DNA of 64,000 nt from Candidatus Egerieisoma sp. (lineage in GTDB: Bacteria > Bacillota > Clostridia > UBA1212 > UBA1255): positions 12,608 through 76,607 of the forward strand of contig JBGVNN010000024.1 in NCBI GenBank assembly GCA_045125595.1, written 5' to 3'. Below the pieces are notes generated by a model. It ran no database searches and was not told the DNA's origin. It saw only the letters and a program-made list of their open reading frames with translations. The translations under genes were made by a program, and so were the position numbers. Positions 8,593-17,431 of this stretch are shown here, in pieces. Position 1 is the first letter of the stretch. Each line of letters begins with the position of its first letter.

Positions 8593-10125
8593 ATGATTAT
8601 TAATAAAATCACAGAAATAAATGATATTGTTAACTCTTTTATATGGGGACCATGGGGACTTGTTCTTCTTATTGTCACGGGTATTTTAATGACCTGTTGT
8701 ACTAAGGTTTTCCAAATAACTCACATAAGACATTGGTTTAAGGAAACAATAGGAAGTCTTTTTAAGAAAAACAGTAGTTCCACTAAAAAAACAGACAAAA
8801 AATCCATATCACAATTCCAGGCGCTTTGTACTGCACTTGCGGCGACTGTTGGTACAGGCAACATTGCTGGTGTTGCTGCCGCAATAGTTGTGGGTGGTCC
8901 TGGTGCTGTTTTTTGGATGTGGGTAGCAGCGTTTTTTGGCATGATGACAAACTATTCTGAGAATGTACTCGGAATATACTACCGCCGACGCAACAGTAGC
9001 GGAGAGTGGTCAGGCGGCGCCATGTATTATCTGAAAGACGGACTTGGAAGAAAAAAAGGATTTAAAACAATATCATCAATTCTTGCGATACTTTTTGCCT
9101 GTTTTACTATCTTTGCTTCTTTTGGTATCGGTAATATGGGACAAGTTAATAAAATCACCCTTAATATTCAATCTTCATTTTTCTCCAATGTGGATTTAGG
9201 AACAGTGGGTGGTATTTCCGTTTTGGGTTTAATAATCGGAGGAGTTTTGGTTATACTTGGAGGACTTATTATTCTCGGAGGATTACAAAGAATAGCATCC
9301 TTTGCTGAAAAAGTTGTTCCTTTTATGGCAGGGGCATATATTCTTGGAGCTTTGGCTATTATGTTTATTAACATTGGAAATGTTGGCTCAATGTTTGGAG
9401 CAATATTTAAATTTGCTTTTACTGAAAGGGCGGCTTTCGGCGGTGTTCTCGGTACTGTTATTAAAGCAATGACACAGGGTTTTAAAAGAGGCGTTTTTTC
9501 TAACGAGGCAGGTCTTGGTTCTTCGGTTATAGTACACAGTTCATCTAATGTAAGAGAACCTGTGCGTCAAGGAATGTGGGGAATTTTTGAGGTTTTCTTT
9601 GATACATTTATTGTATGTACAATGACAGCAATAGTTGTACTTTCATCCGGATATATTGATTTGAAGACAGGAAATCCGACAGTTGCCAATTTAGATGATT
9701 CTACATTGGTTTCAAGAACTTTCGGAGATATTTTTGGTGCACCGGGGCAATGGTTTGTTGCAATTGCGTTGTTACTTTTCGCTTTTACAACAGTTCTTGG
9801 ATGGTCGCAATATGGTTCAAAGGCAGTAGAGTATTTGTTTGGAACAAAAGCTGTTAAAGTATATAAAGTTGTTTTTGTACTTATGATTGTATCGGGAGCA
9901 ATAATGACTTCTTCTTTGGCATGGGATATTTCAGATACATTTAATGGATTTATGATGGTACCTAACCTTATTGCTGTTGTATCTCTTTGTCCGTTAGTTA
10001 TTAAAATAACAAAGAATTATATAAACAGAAAAATAAAGAAAAAAGACGAAACTCCTATGTTCTCATATGATGAAGAGCTTCAAAAAGAGGCTCAAGCGGC
10101 AGAGGCGGCAGAGCAAGAGGCATAA
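8593..10125 (+). CDS. Alanine/glycine:cation symporter (AGCS family) permease.
   Basis: RBS GAAGGAG. The motif TALAATVGTGNIAGVAAAIVVGGPGAVFWMW and the multi-TM topology are typical of AGCS transporters. Confidence 0.75.
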   Translation: MIINKITEINDIVNSFIWGPWGLVLLIVTGILMTCCTKVFQITHIRHWFKETIGSLFKKNSSSTKKTDKKSISQFQALCTALAATVGTGNIAGVAAAIVVGGPGAVFWMWVAAFFGMMTNYSENVLGIYYRRRNSSGEWSGGAMYYLKDGLGRKKGFKTISSILAILFACFTIFASFGIGNMGQVNKITLNIQSSFFSNVDLGTVGGISVLGLIIGGVLVILGGLIILGGLQRIASFAEKVVPFMAGAYILGALAIMFINIGNVGSMFGAIFKFAFTERAAFGGVLGTVIKAMTQGFKRGVFSNEAGLGSSVIVHSSSNVREPVRQGMWGIFEVFFDTFIVCTMTAIVVLSSGYIDLKTGNPTVANLDDSTLVSRTFGDIFGAPGQWFVAIALLLFAFTTVLGWSQYGSKAVEYLFGTKAVKVYKVVFVLMIVSGAIMTSSLAWDISDTFNGFMMVPNLIAVVSLCPLVIKITKNYINRKIKKKDETPMFSYDEELQKEAQAAEAAEQEA

Positions 10126-10128
10126 TTA

Positions 10129-10158
10129 TTGACATATTAAAATATGAAATGTTATAAT
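10129..10158 (+). promoter_or_regulatory. Near-consensus sigma-A promoter for trpS.
   Basis: TTGACA, an 18-nt spacer, then TATAAT, ~45 nt upstream of the trpS ATG. Confidence 0.55.
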
Positions 10159-10203
10159 TTTTGCTGTGTTTAAATAAAAATATTATTCAGCAGGTGAATT
10201 TTT

Positions 10204-11193
10204 ATGGATAGACTCTTAACAGGACTCCAACCGAGCGGTTGCCTTACAATAGGTAACTACAGCGGAGGTATAAAACAAGTAATAAATTATCAGGACAATT
10301 ATGAGACATTTTTGTTCGTGCCTGATATGCATGCCACAACGGTAACACAAGATCCCGATGAATTGAGAAAAAACATTAAAAGCGCAGTAGGTCTTTACTT
10401 GGCTTGCGGTGTAGATGTAAACAAACCTAATATGCATTTATATATTCAATCAGAGAATCTTTACCATGCAAATCTTTCGTGGATACTTGAGTGCCATTCT
10501 TATTACGGAGAAATGGCGAGAATGCATCAATTTAAAGAAAAGTCAAAGCTCCATGAGAATTTTACTTGTGGCCTTGTAACTTATCCTGTACTTATGGCAG
10601 CAGATATTTTGCTTTATGATGCGAAATATGTACCTACAGGCATCGATCAAAAACAACACGTTGAGCTTGCTCGTAATCTTGCAATACGTTTTAATAACAG
10701 ATATAAGGATGAGTTTTTTGTTATACCTGAGCCGCTTATGCCGACTGTAGGTGCTAAAATTCGCGATTTGCAAGAACCTACGAAAAAAATGAGCAAATCC
10801 ACAACAAACCCTAAGTCAGCAATTTTCCTTTTGGATACAGAGAAAGATATACGCAAAAAAATCATGAGTGCGCAGACTGACAGTGAAGCAAGAATTGCTT
10901 TCGATGAAGAAAACAAACCGGGAGTTTCAAACCTTCTTTCTATATACTCGGTTTTCAGCGGACTTTCTATTGAAGAATTAGTAGCTAAGTTTAGCGGTGG
11001 CGGATATGGTGACCTTAAAAAAGCTCTTGCTGAGGTTCTTGTAGAGAAACTTACAGGCATTCAGGATAACTATAATAAAATTATGCAATCAGGTATTATT
11101 GACGATGCTCTTGATGCGGGTCGCGATTATACAAATGCCATTGCTAAAGAAAAATATGAGAGAGTTCGTAAGGCTGTAGGTTACGGACGTTAA
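10204..11193 (+). CDS. trpS: Tryptophan--tRNA ligase.
   Basis: The N-terminal TGLQPSG..TIGNY motif (HIGH-type region) and the KMSKS motif are present. RBS AGGTGA. 329 aa. Confidence 0.9.
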   Translation: MDRLLTGLQPSGCLTIGNYSGGIKQVINYQDNYETFLFVPDMHATTVTQDPDELRKNIKSAVGLYLACGVDVNKPNMHLYIQSENLYHANLSWILECHSYYGEMARMHQFKEKSKLHENFTCGLVTYPVLMAADILLYDAKYVPTGIDQKQHVELARNLAIRFNNRYKDEFFVIPEPLMPTVGAKIRDLQEPTKKMSKSTTNPKSAIFLLDTEKDIRKKIMSAQTDSEARIAFDEENKPGVSNLLSIYSVFSGLSIEELVAKFSGGGYGDLKKALAEVLVEKLTGIQDNYNKIMQSGIIDDALDAGRDYTNAIAKEKYERVRKAVGYGR

Positions 11194-11292
11194 TCAAAGA
11201 TTAAATTTAAGATGAATTATTATTGCGGTGTATGGTCCTGCGTATGTGTTTGAAACATGTACGTGTGACGAATGCACCGCATAATTTTTTAC

Positions 11293-11322
11293 TTGATACA
11301 AAGAGTCGGCATGTGGTACAAT
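11293..11322 (+). promoter_or_regulatory. Sigma-A-type promoter for the lipoprotein/kinase/PqqD/NTase cassette.
   Basis: TTGATA, an 18-nt spacer, then TACAAT. Confidence 0.4.
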
Positions 11323-11370
11323 TATAGAGAATATATTATTTTTCAAAATAAAAGGAATGATTTTATTATT

Positions 11371-11877
11371 ATGAAAAAGGCTTATTTATCTGTAATTTTA
11401 ATTTTTACTTTAATACTTATGTGTTTATGTCTGGCTTCTTGCGGAGAGGTTGAGGGAATAGAAATAACACGTGATGTTACACCTACAGCAAGAACACAAC
11501 CTGTATCTACGCCAACACCAACAACTGTTATTACTCCTACTGAGTATTTAGGTGATGAAAATGAAGTAGCTACATTTGATATTCAAGAAGACCCGACTAC
11601 AGCTCCTGCTACGGGAGGAAGCACAAATCAAACCAGTCAAACTACAGCAGGAACTACAATAAATCCCACAAATGGACAACAAACATCAAATCCTACTTCC
11701 GTACCGACAACGACTCCGACTCAGACTAACGGAGCCACATCATCGGCTACAGCGAATGTTACGAACACTCCTACAGCACCGACAACAGAGAATCCAACAA
11801 CAAGTCCTACAAGCACTCCTGCACAAACACCTTCAAAGAAGACTCCGATTCGTCTTCCTATTATTTGGTTTGACTGA
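11371..11877 (+). CDS. Lipoprotein with a long Thr/Pro/Ser/Asn-rich low-complexity region and a hydrophobic C-terminal tail (PIRLPIIWFD).
   Basis: RBS AAAGGAATGA. The N-terminus MKKAYLSVILIFTLILMCLCLASCGE carries a lipobox (LASC). The stop overlaps the next start (ATGA). Confidence 0.7.
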   Translation: MKKAYLSVILIFTLILMCLCLASCGEVEGIEITRDVTPTARTQPVSTPTPTTVITPTEYLGDENEVATFDIQEDPTTAPATGGSTNQTSQTTAGTTINPTNGQQTSNPTSVPTTTPTQTNGATSSATANVTNTPTAPTTENPTTSPTSTPAQTPSKKTPIRLPIIWFD

Positions 11878-12608
11878 TGAGCAGTATTTTTTGTAAGACA
11901 TACAAGTTTGCTCAAATTTCTGTTTTGGCTAAATATAATTATAAATATCTTGATAGTCAATGCAGGGACTACTTGACGGATGAAGAACCAAAAATAGAAA
12001 TTGAGGTTACACAAGAAGATATTGAAAAAGAAAAAGTTACAATATCTAAAGAAGAAGGTACTTTTTCGGATGGTTATTTAGAATCATTGGCTTTTTATCG
12101 TAAATTATGTGCAAGACTTGCTATCGAAGATATTATTCTTTTTCATGGCGCTGCGGTTGAAGTAAATGGTAAAGCATATTTGTTTACTGCGCCGTCAGGG
12201 ACGGGAAAGACTACTCATATATCTTTATGGGGTAAGATTCTCAAGGATAAGATGACAATAATTAACGGAGACAAACCTCTTTTAAAAGTGTCAGATAAAA
12301 TTATTGTTTACGGTACACCGTGGGACGGCAAAGAAAAACAGAGTACAAATACTTTTGCTGAATTGGGAGGTATTTGTATAATTAAAAGAGGAATAGAAAA
12401 TAAAATCAAACAAATTACAGCAAACGAAGCGTTGGGGACATTAATGTCACAGACTTATAGGCCTGTTCAAAAAGAAAATATGAAAAAAGTTCTTGAAAAT
12501 GTATTGTTGCTTTCTTCAAAAGTACCTCTGTGGCAGTTGGAATGCAACATTTCCGAAGAGGCGGCTTGGACATCGTATAACGCAATGTGTAAGGAGGAGT
12601 TTATTTGA
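11877..12608 (+). CDS. HprK-related P-loop kinase (HPr kinase C-terminal-domain-like).
   Basis: Walker A LFTAPSGTGKTTHISLWG, in the context HGAAVEVNGKAYLF. The start is coupled to the upstream stop (ATGA) and the stop to the downstream TTG start (TTGA). Confidence 0.6.
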   Translation: MSSIFCKTYKFAQISVLAKYNYKYLDSQCRDYLTDEEPKIEIEVTQEDIEKEKVTISKEEGTFSDGYLESLAFYRKLCARLAIEDIILFHGAAVEVNGKAYLFTAPSGTGKTTHISLWGKILKDKMTIINGDKPLLKVSDKIIVYGTPWDGKEKQSTNTFAELGGICIIKRGIENKIKQITANEALGTLMSQTYRPVQKENMKKVLENVLLLSSKVPLWQLECNISEEAAWTSYNAMCKEEFI

Positions 12609-12859
12609 AACTTAAAGATGTAATTATCAGTGAAGCTAATGGAGAATATGTAGCAGTAAATATGGGTGGCTCGTTTAACGGCATGATAAAACTTAATGAA
12701 ACTGCTGCTTTTATTGCTGAAGCAATGCAAGAAGATACAACTGTTGAAGAAATTGCAAAAAAGCTTTGTGCTGAGTACGAAATCGATGAGGCTACTGCTG
12801 TGCAAAGTATTGAGGCGGTAGTAGAAAAACTTCGCGAAATAGGATTTATTGAGGAATGA
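12605..12859 (+). CDS. PqqD-family protein (RiPP precursor recognition element-like), 84 aa.
   Basis: Sequence VAVNMGGSF..IKLNETAAFIAEAMQEDTTVEEIAKKLCAEYEIDEATAVQSIEAVVEKLREIGFIEE resembles the PqqD/RRE family. RBS AAGGAGGAG precedes the TTG start. Confidence 0.65.
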   Translation: MKLKDVIISEANGEYVAVNMGGSFNGMIKLNETAAFIAEAMQEDTTVEEIAKKLCAEYEIDEATAVQSIEAVVEKLREIGFIEE

Positions 12860-14406
12860 GAGAAGCTGTATCAATAAAACAAGCACTTGAAAAAAACGGT
12901 TTTGTAATTCATAAAATTAAGGGTGGCAGTATGCTTCCTTTGCTTGATGAAGAAACTGATTTGGTCAGGCTTGAGGCTGTTGCTTGTAAAGACAAATTGA
13001 AAAAATATGATGTGCCGCTTTTTGTGAATGAAAGTAATGGCATGTTGATTCTCCATAGAATTATTGATGTTAAAAAGAATCATTACATCACATATGGGGA
13101 TAATTGCAAGCATTATGAAATTGTGCCTTTTGATACAGTTTTAGCTGTTGCTACAGGTTTTTATATAAAAGGAAAGTTTGTTTCCTGTAACGATCCGGAG
13201 TATTTGAAATATGTAGAAGAAAGATGTTCTTCTATAAAAAAACGCAAACTTTACCCGTTAAAAAGAAAACTTGCACCGGAGACAAAGGTGTTAGTTAAAT
13301 TATTCGTTGAAGCAGTCAAAAATGACGGCGTATCAATGAATGTTGAAAATGAGATTTCCGCACAATTCAATTGGCAAAAATTATTTGCGGAGGCAAAACG
13401 CCACAATATTGGGGCGATGCTGTATCCTTATGCCAAAAAAGCCGGCTGTCCGGAGCCTTTAATATCTGCGTGGAGTCAAATCGCTGATAAAGCATTGAGA
13501 AAAGAGCTTTTGTTTAATGCAGAAAGAAGCGCAATTATAAGTGAATTTGAAAAAGCCGGCATAAAATACATACCGCTTAAAGGAATAATAATTAAAGATT
13601 ATTATCCGAGAAAAGGTATGAGAGAATTTACGGATAACGATATGCTGTTAGAGGAAAAGTCGATCCCTGCAGCTACTCAAATAATGGAAAAAAGAGGATA
13701 CAGAAGTAATATAAATGAAGATTACACTGATTGTCCTTTTTATAAAGAGCCTATATTTAATTTCGAGTTGCACAGAGCGCTTTTTGCAAAAAATGTGCCG
13801 ATTGCCAAGTATTTCAAAGACCCGTGGAAAAAGGCTGTAAAAGATAACGATAGTAATTTTGGTTATCATATGACAAATGAGGATTTTTATATCCACGTTA
13901 TTACACACTTTTATAAACATTATGCAATCAGCAGAGGTGCGGGACTGAAATTTTTTGCTGATTTCCATTATTTACAAATAGGTTTGATTGACAGCCAAAA
14001 AGTTGATATAAATTATATAAAAAGAGAGTTTTCGAAATTAGGCATATTAGAATTTTATGAAAAAACTGTTGAAATGACAGAACGTCTGTTTAAAGGAGAC
14101 GAGACACTATTTACAAACGAAATGCTTCACTATGTTCTCTCGAGCGGAGCTTACGGCAATAAATCACAGGCAATTGCCAATAATATTAAAAACAATGGTA
14201 AATTTAAGTTTTGGTTTTCAAGACTTTTCCCAACGAAGGGATATATGGTAAAGGTTTTTCCTGTAATAAGAAAAGCCCCCGTGCTGTTGCCCTTTTTATG
14301 GATTGTGCGCCTCGTAAGAGCGCCGTTTACTAAATCGGGACGTGAAACATTTACACGGGAGCATAATATCTCAAAACATATTGATATATCTTCTGATAAA
14401 GATTAA
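12856..14406 (+). CDS. Fusion protein: N-terminal S24/S26-type (SipW/Sec11-like) peptidase domain plus a C-terminal uncharacterised polymerase-beta-superfamily nucleotidyltransferase (NTP_transf_5-like).
   Basis: KGGSMLPLL and LILHRII form the peptidase signature, with His in place of the SPase-I Lys. IPLKGIIIKDYYPRKGMREFTDNDMLL fits the hG..x(n)..DxD NTase motif. The start is coupled to the PqqD stop (ATGA). Confidence 0.6.
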   Translation: MREAVSIKQALEKNGFVIHKIKGGSMLPLLDEETDLVRLEAVACKDKLKKYDVPLFVNESNGMLILHRIIDVKKNHYITYGDNCKHYEIVPFDTVLAVATGFYIKGKFVSCNDPEYLKYVEERCSSIKKRKLYPLKRKLAPETKVLVKLFVEAVKNDGVSMNVENEISAQFNWQKLFAEAKRHNIGAMLYPYAKKAGCPEPLISAWSQIADKALRKELLFNAERSAIISEFEKAGIKYIPLKGIIIKDYYPRKGMREFTDNDMLLEEKSIPAATQIMEKRGYRSNINEDYTDCPFYKEPIFNFELHRALFAKNVPIAKYFKDPWKKAVKDNDSNFGYHMTNEDFYIHVITHFYKHYAISRGAGLKFFADFHYLQIGLIDSQKVDINYIKREFSKLGILEFYEKTVEMTERLFKGDETLFTNEMLHYVLSSGAYGNKSQAIANNIKNNGKFKFWFSRLFPTKGYMVKVFPVIRKAPVLLPFLWIVRLVRAPFTKSGRETFTREHNISKHIDISSDKD

Positions 14407-14407
14407 T

Positions 14408-15283
14408 TTAATCTACAAAAGCGATGCCGTCTTCGGTCTCCTCGATACGGAAAAGTCTGGGTCTCTCAAACGGTCTGCCGTTAGGTTGATGAAGTATAAG
14501 ATAAAGTTGATCATCGAAACCGCGGAAAATCATACCGTGACCGCCATCTTTCTTATGCATTGGGTCTTCTTGTTGTTTCCAAGGACCTTTAAGAGTACCA
14601 CTTTCGCTTACAGCATATGTTTGTACATATCCGAGTTTTGCAATAAAGCTTGACCAAAGCATTATCAACTTGCCGTTTTGTAAACGATGAAAGAATGGTC
14701 CGTCAGTAACATAGTGGCCATCTTCATCAGGGTTAAGAGAAAATACCCATTTTGCATCACTTGCAGGGAAAAGAAGCTCCGGTTCTCCTATTGTTTCACT
14801 TAAATCGTCGGAAAGACGTGTTGCACACATTGTGCCGTCTGCAATCTGTGTCCATTCGTGACAGAAAACAATCCAAGGTTTGTTTTCTTCGTCAACAAAC
14901 ATAGTACCGTCGAGACAAGACCATTCCGAAGGTGTTTGCGGGCCTTCACTGATAAGCTTGAAAGGACCCATGGGGCTGTCTGCACGCAAAATTTGTGAGG
15001 CACGATTGTGTGTTAAGCTACGGAAACTTGCGAACATATAATACGCACCTTTCCATTTGTGAACTTCCGGTGCAAAAAAGTCTCTGTCTGCCCAAAAACC
15101 TTCAGGGGTTGTAAAACATTCGTGGGGTTCGCTCCACTCAACAAGATCCTTACTGAGATATACATCAAGGCCTTCTCCCTGACGCGGTCCCAAAGGATGA
15201 TTCGCTCTCGTACCATACAAATAATATGTACCATCCTCGGCAAAAACAAAAGGATCTCTTATATGAATTTCATTTAATTTCAT
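14408..15283 (-). CDS. Glycoside hydrolase family 43 (beta-xylosidase/arabinofuranosidase-like).
   Basis: N-terminal IRDPFVFAEDGTYYLYGT. RBS AAGGAGAG. Convergent with the upstream gene, stops 1 nt apart. Confidence 0.7.
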   Translation of the reverse strand: MKLNEIHIRDPFVFAEDGTYYLYGTRANHPLGPRQGEGLDVYLSKDLVEWSEPHECFTTPEGFWADRDFFAPEVHKWKGAYYMFASFRSLTHNRASQILRADSPMGPFKLISEGPQTPSEWSCLDGTMFVDEENKPWIVFCHEWTQIADGTMCATRLSDDLSETIGEPELLFPASDAKWVFSLNPDEDGHYVTDGPFFHRLQNGKLIMLWSSFIAKLGYVQTYAVSESGTLKGPWKQQEDPMHKKDGGHGMIFRGFDDQLYLILHQPNGRPFERPRLFRIEETEDGIAFVD

Positions 15284-15442
15284 TTGAAATACTCTCCTTA
15301 TTTATGATATTGTAAATTTACACCATTACAATAGTGGAGTCAAGCAAAAAAATTTTATAACATTGCGATAAAAAACATTTTTGAAACATTAATAGATTGA
15401 AAGAAGGTAAACCGATGGCTTGGATTTTTACGATGAAAGAAG

Positions 15443-15478
15443 TACCAAAAAGGGCTGTAAAAAAACAGCCCTTTTTGT
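15443..15478 (-). terminator. Bidirectional hairpin terminator downstream of the M23 peptidase gene.
   Basis: AGGGCTGT-aaaaaaa-ACAGCCCT, flanked by A-runs and T-runs. Confidence 0.6.
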
Positions 15479-15511
15479 TTGTTATTTAGTTCACTGAGTT
15501 TTTTGCAAAAA

Positions 15512-16219
15512 TTATTTCCAATATTGAGAGGGGTCTAAAGGCTCGTTATTTTCCGTAAGTTCAAAGTGAAGATGTGCACCCTGTGCCTTTTCGCAGAAAA
15601 TATCGTCACCCAAAGTACCTATCACAGCACCTGCTTCAACTTTGTTGCCCGCAAGTAACCCGTCTGCCGTTTTGGCAAGTCCGCAATAAACAGTTGAGAA
15701 TCGTCTGCCGCTGACATCGTGCTCCATTACGACAGTGAGTCCGTATCTCGGGTCTGACTTTACTGCGGAAATTTTTCCGGTCGCCGCTGCTTTCACGGGA
15801 TTTCCGGAAGTACCTGCAATGTCAATGCCGGAATGTGTTCGCCATTCTTGTAAAGTGGAGTTGTATACAAGTTTTTTTGCAGCAAATTCAGATTGAATTT
15901 CGCCATCAACAGGCTTAATAATTGATATTTGACCCGGTTTTTGCTGATTTGAGCTTGGAGGATTATTGTTTTGAGAATCATCCACAGGTCTTGACGCGGA
16001 GGTGGATTGCGGTGGCTTAGTGTTGTCTGTTTTGTCGGGCGAATTTGTGGGAGAGACAGGTTTTGAAACCGATGTAGAATAAGAAATTACAGGTTCTTTA
16101 GGAGAATTGTTTCCCGTGTTTATTACGGAAATGCCTGCGACAATAACAGCTACAAGACAAACAAAAGCGATAATAATATACCCTTTGTTTTTTAAAAACT
16201 TAACAACAGTATCTTTCAT
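15512..16219 (-). CDS. Membrane-anchored M23-family metallopeptidase.
   Basis: HSGIDIA..., GLTVVMEHDV and HLHFEL motifs. An N-terminal TM segment and a Pro/Ser-rich linker are present. Confidence 0.75.
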   Translation of the reverse strand: MKDTVVKFLKNKGYIIIAFVCLVAVIVAGISVINTGNNSPKEPVISYSTSVSKPVSPTNSPDKTDNTKPPQSTSASRPVDDSQNNNPPSSNQQKPGQISIIKPVDGEIQSEFAAKKLVYNSTLQEWRTHSGIDIAGTSGNPVKAAATGKISAVKSDPRYGLTVVMEHDVSGRRFSTVYCGLAKTADGLLAGNKVEAGAVIGTLGDDIFCEKAQGAHLHFELTENNEPLDPSQYWK

Positions 16220-16390
16220 GTATAAAGCTTCCTTTCAAAAGTAAATTGATTTGTGAATATTATTGCCGGGAAATCAAAAGAATATACATTTTTTCCTTGC
16301 AATAATTTCGCTAAAAAGGTATCATATATCTGTATGCGTGTATGTTTGCGCAGCGATAAGAACAATCACAAGCAAGGAGGCCTTGTAATT

Positions 16391-17410
16391 ATGCAAAATA
16401 AATTAGAATCAATTAAGAAGGAGTTTGACGAGAGACTTTTAACTGTCACGGCACAGGACAAGCTCGAAGAGCTTAAAGTTGCGTACTTAGGCAAAAAAGG
16501 AGAACTTACTTCAATATTAAAAGGTATGGGACAACTCAGTCCCGAAGAGCGCCCCGTAGTAGGCCAGTTGGTAAATGCGGTAAGAGCTGATATGGAGCAA
16601 AAGATTTCCGAAAAGACAGAACAGCTTAAATCAGAAGCTATCGCAAAGAAGCTTGCTGAAGAGAAAGTGGACGTTACAATGCCGGGTAAAACAAAGAAGT
16701 CAGGCTCACTTCATCCTATAAATCAAATCAGCGACGAAATGAAAGACCTCTTTATCGGTATGGGTTATGAAATTGCCGACGGTCCCGAGGTTGAATTTGA
16801 TTATTATAACTTTGAGGCACTTAACTTGCCCGAAGGCCACCCTGCAAGAGACACACAAGATACATTCTATATTACAGAGAAGATGCTTTTGAGAACACAA
16901 ACTTCATCTGTACAGATTCGTGTAATGGAGAACAAAAAGCCTCCTATAAAAATTATTTGTCCCGGTAAAGTTTACAGAGCAGATAATGTTGACGCTACGC
17001 ACTCTCCGATTTTCCACCAGATAGAAGGACTTGTTGTGGATAAAGGCGTTACAATGGGAGATCTTAAAGGTACATTGGAAATTTATGCAAAGCATATGTT
17101 TGGACCCGAGACAAAAATTCGTCTTCGCCCGCACCACTTCCCGTTCACAGAACCCAGCGCAGAGGTTGACGTATCCTGCTGGACTTGCGGCGGTAAGGGT
17201 TGCAGAATGTGTAAAGGCGAAGGCTGGATAGAGGTACTCGGTTGCGGAATGGTGCACCCTGATGTTTTGCGCCGCTGCGGAATAGACCCCGAAGTATACA
17301 GTGGTTTTGCATTCGGAATCGGTGTCGAGAGAACAGCTATGGCACGCTTTGGCGTGACAGATATGCGCCAATTCTTTGAAGGCGACACACGTTTCTTGTC
17401 ACAGTTCTGA
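16391..17410 (+). CDS. pheS: Phenylalanine--tRNA ligase alpha subunit.
   Basis: RBS AAGGAGG precedes ATG 16391. Class II motifs are present ([24 protein letters not shown]). Confidence 0.9.
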   Translation: MQNKLESIKKEFDERLLTVTAQDKLEELKVAYLGKKGELTSILKGMGQLSPEERPVVGQLVNAVRADMEQKISEKTEQLKSEAIAKKLAEEKVDVTMPGKTKKSGSLHPINQISDEMKDLFIGMGYEIADGPEVEFDYYNFEALNLPEGHPARDTQDTFYITEKMLLRTQTSSVQIRVMENKKPPIKIICPGKVYRADNVDATHSPIFHQIEGLVVDKGVTMGDLKGTLEIYAKHMFGPETKIRLRPHHFPFTEPSAEVDVSCWTCGGKGCRMCKGEGWIEVLGCGMVHPDVLRRCGIDPEVYSGFAFGIGVERTAMARFGVTDMRQFFEGDTRFLSQF

Positions 17411-17431
17411 TGTAAGAAAGGAGATATTAAA

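Noticed and set aside
14404-14410. Convergent stop codons of the NTase fusion and the GH43 gene, separated by 1 nt with no terminator.
   Set aside because: This is common in compact genomes. There is no sign of functional linkage beyond a possible antisense read-through.
16220-16390. Expected a T-box leader upstream of pheS, and also checked asnS and trpS.
   Set aside because: No GGUGGNACCGCG-like T-box sequence occurs in these leaders. The regions are too short or lack the motif. The only T-box in the window is at 3440-3717.
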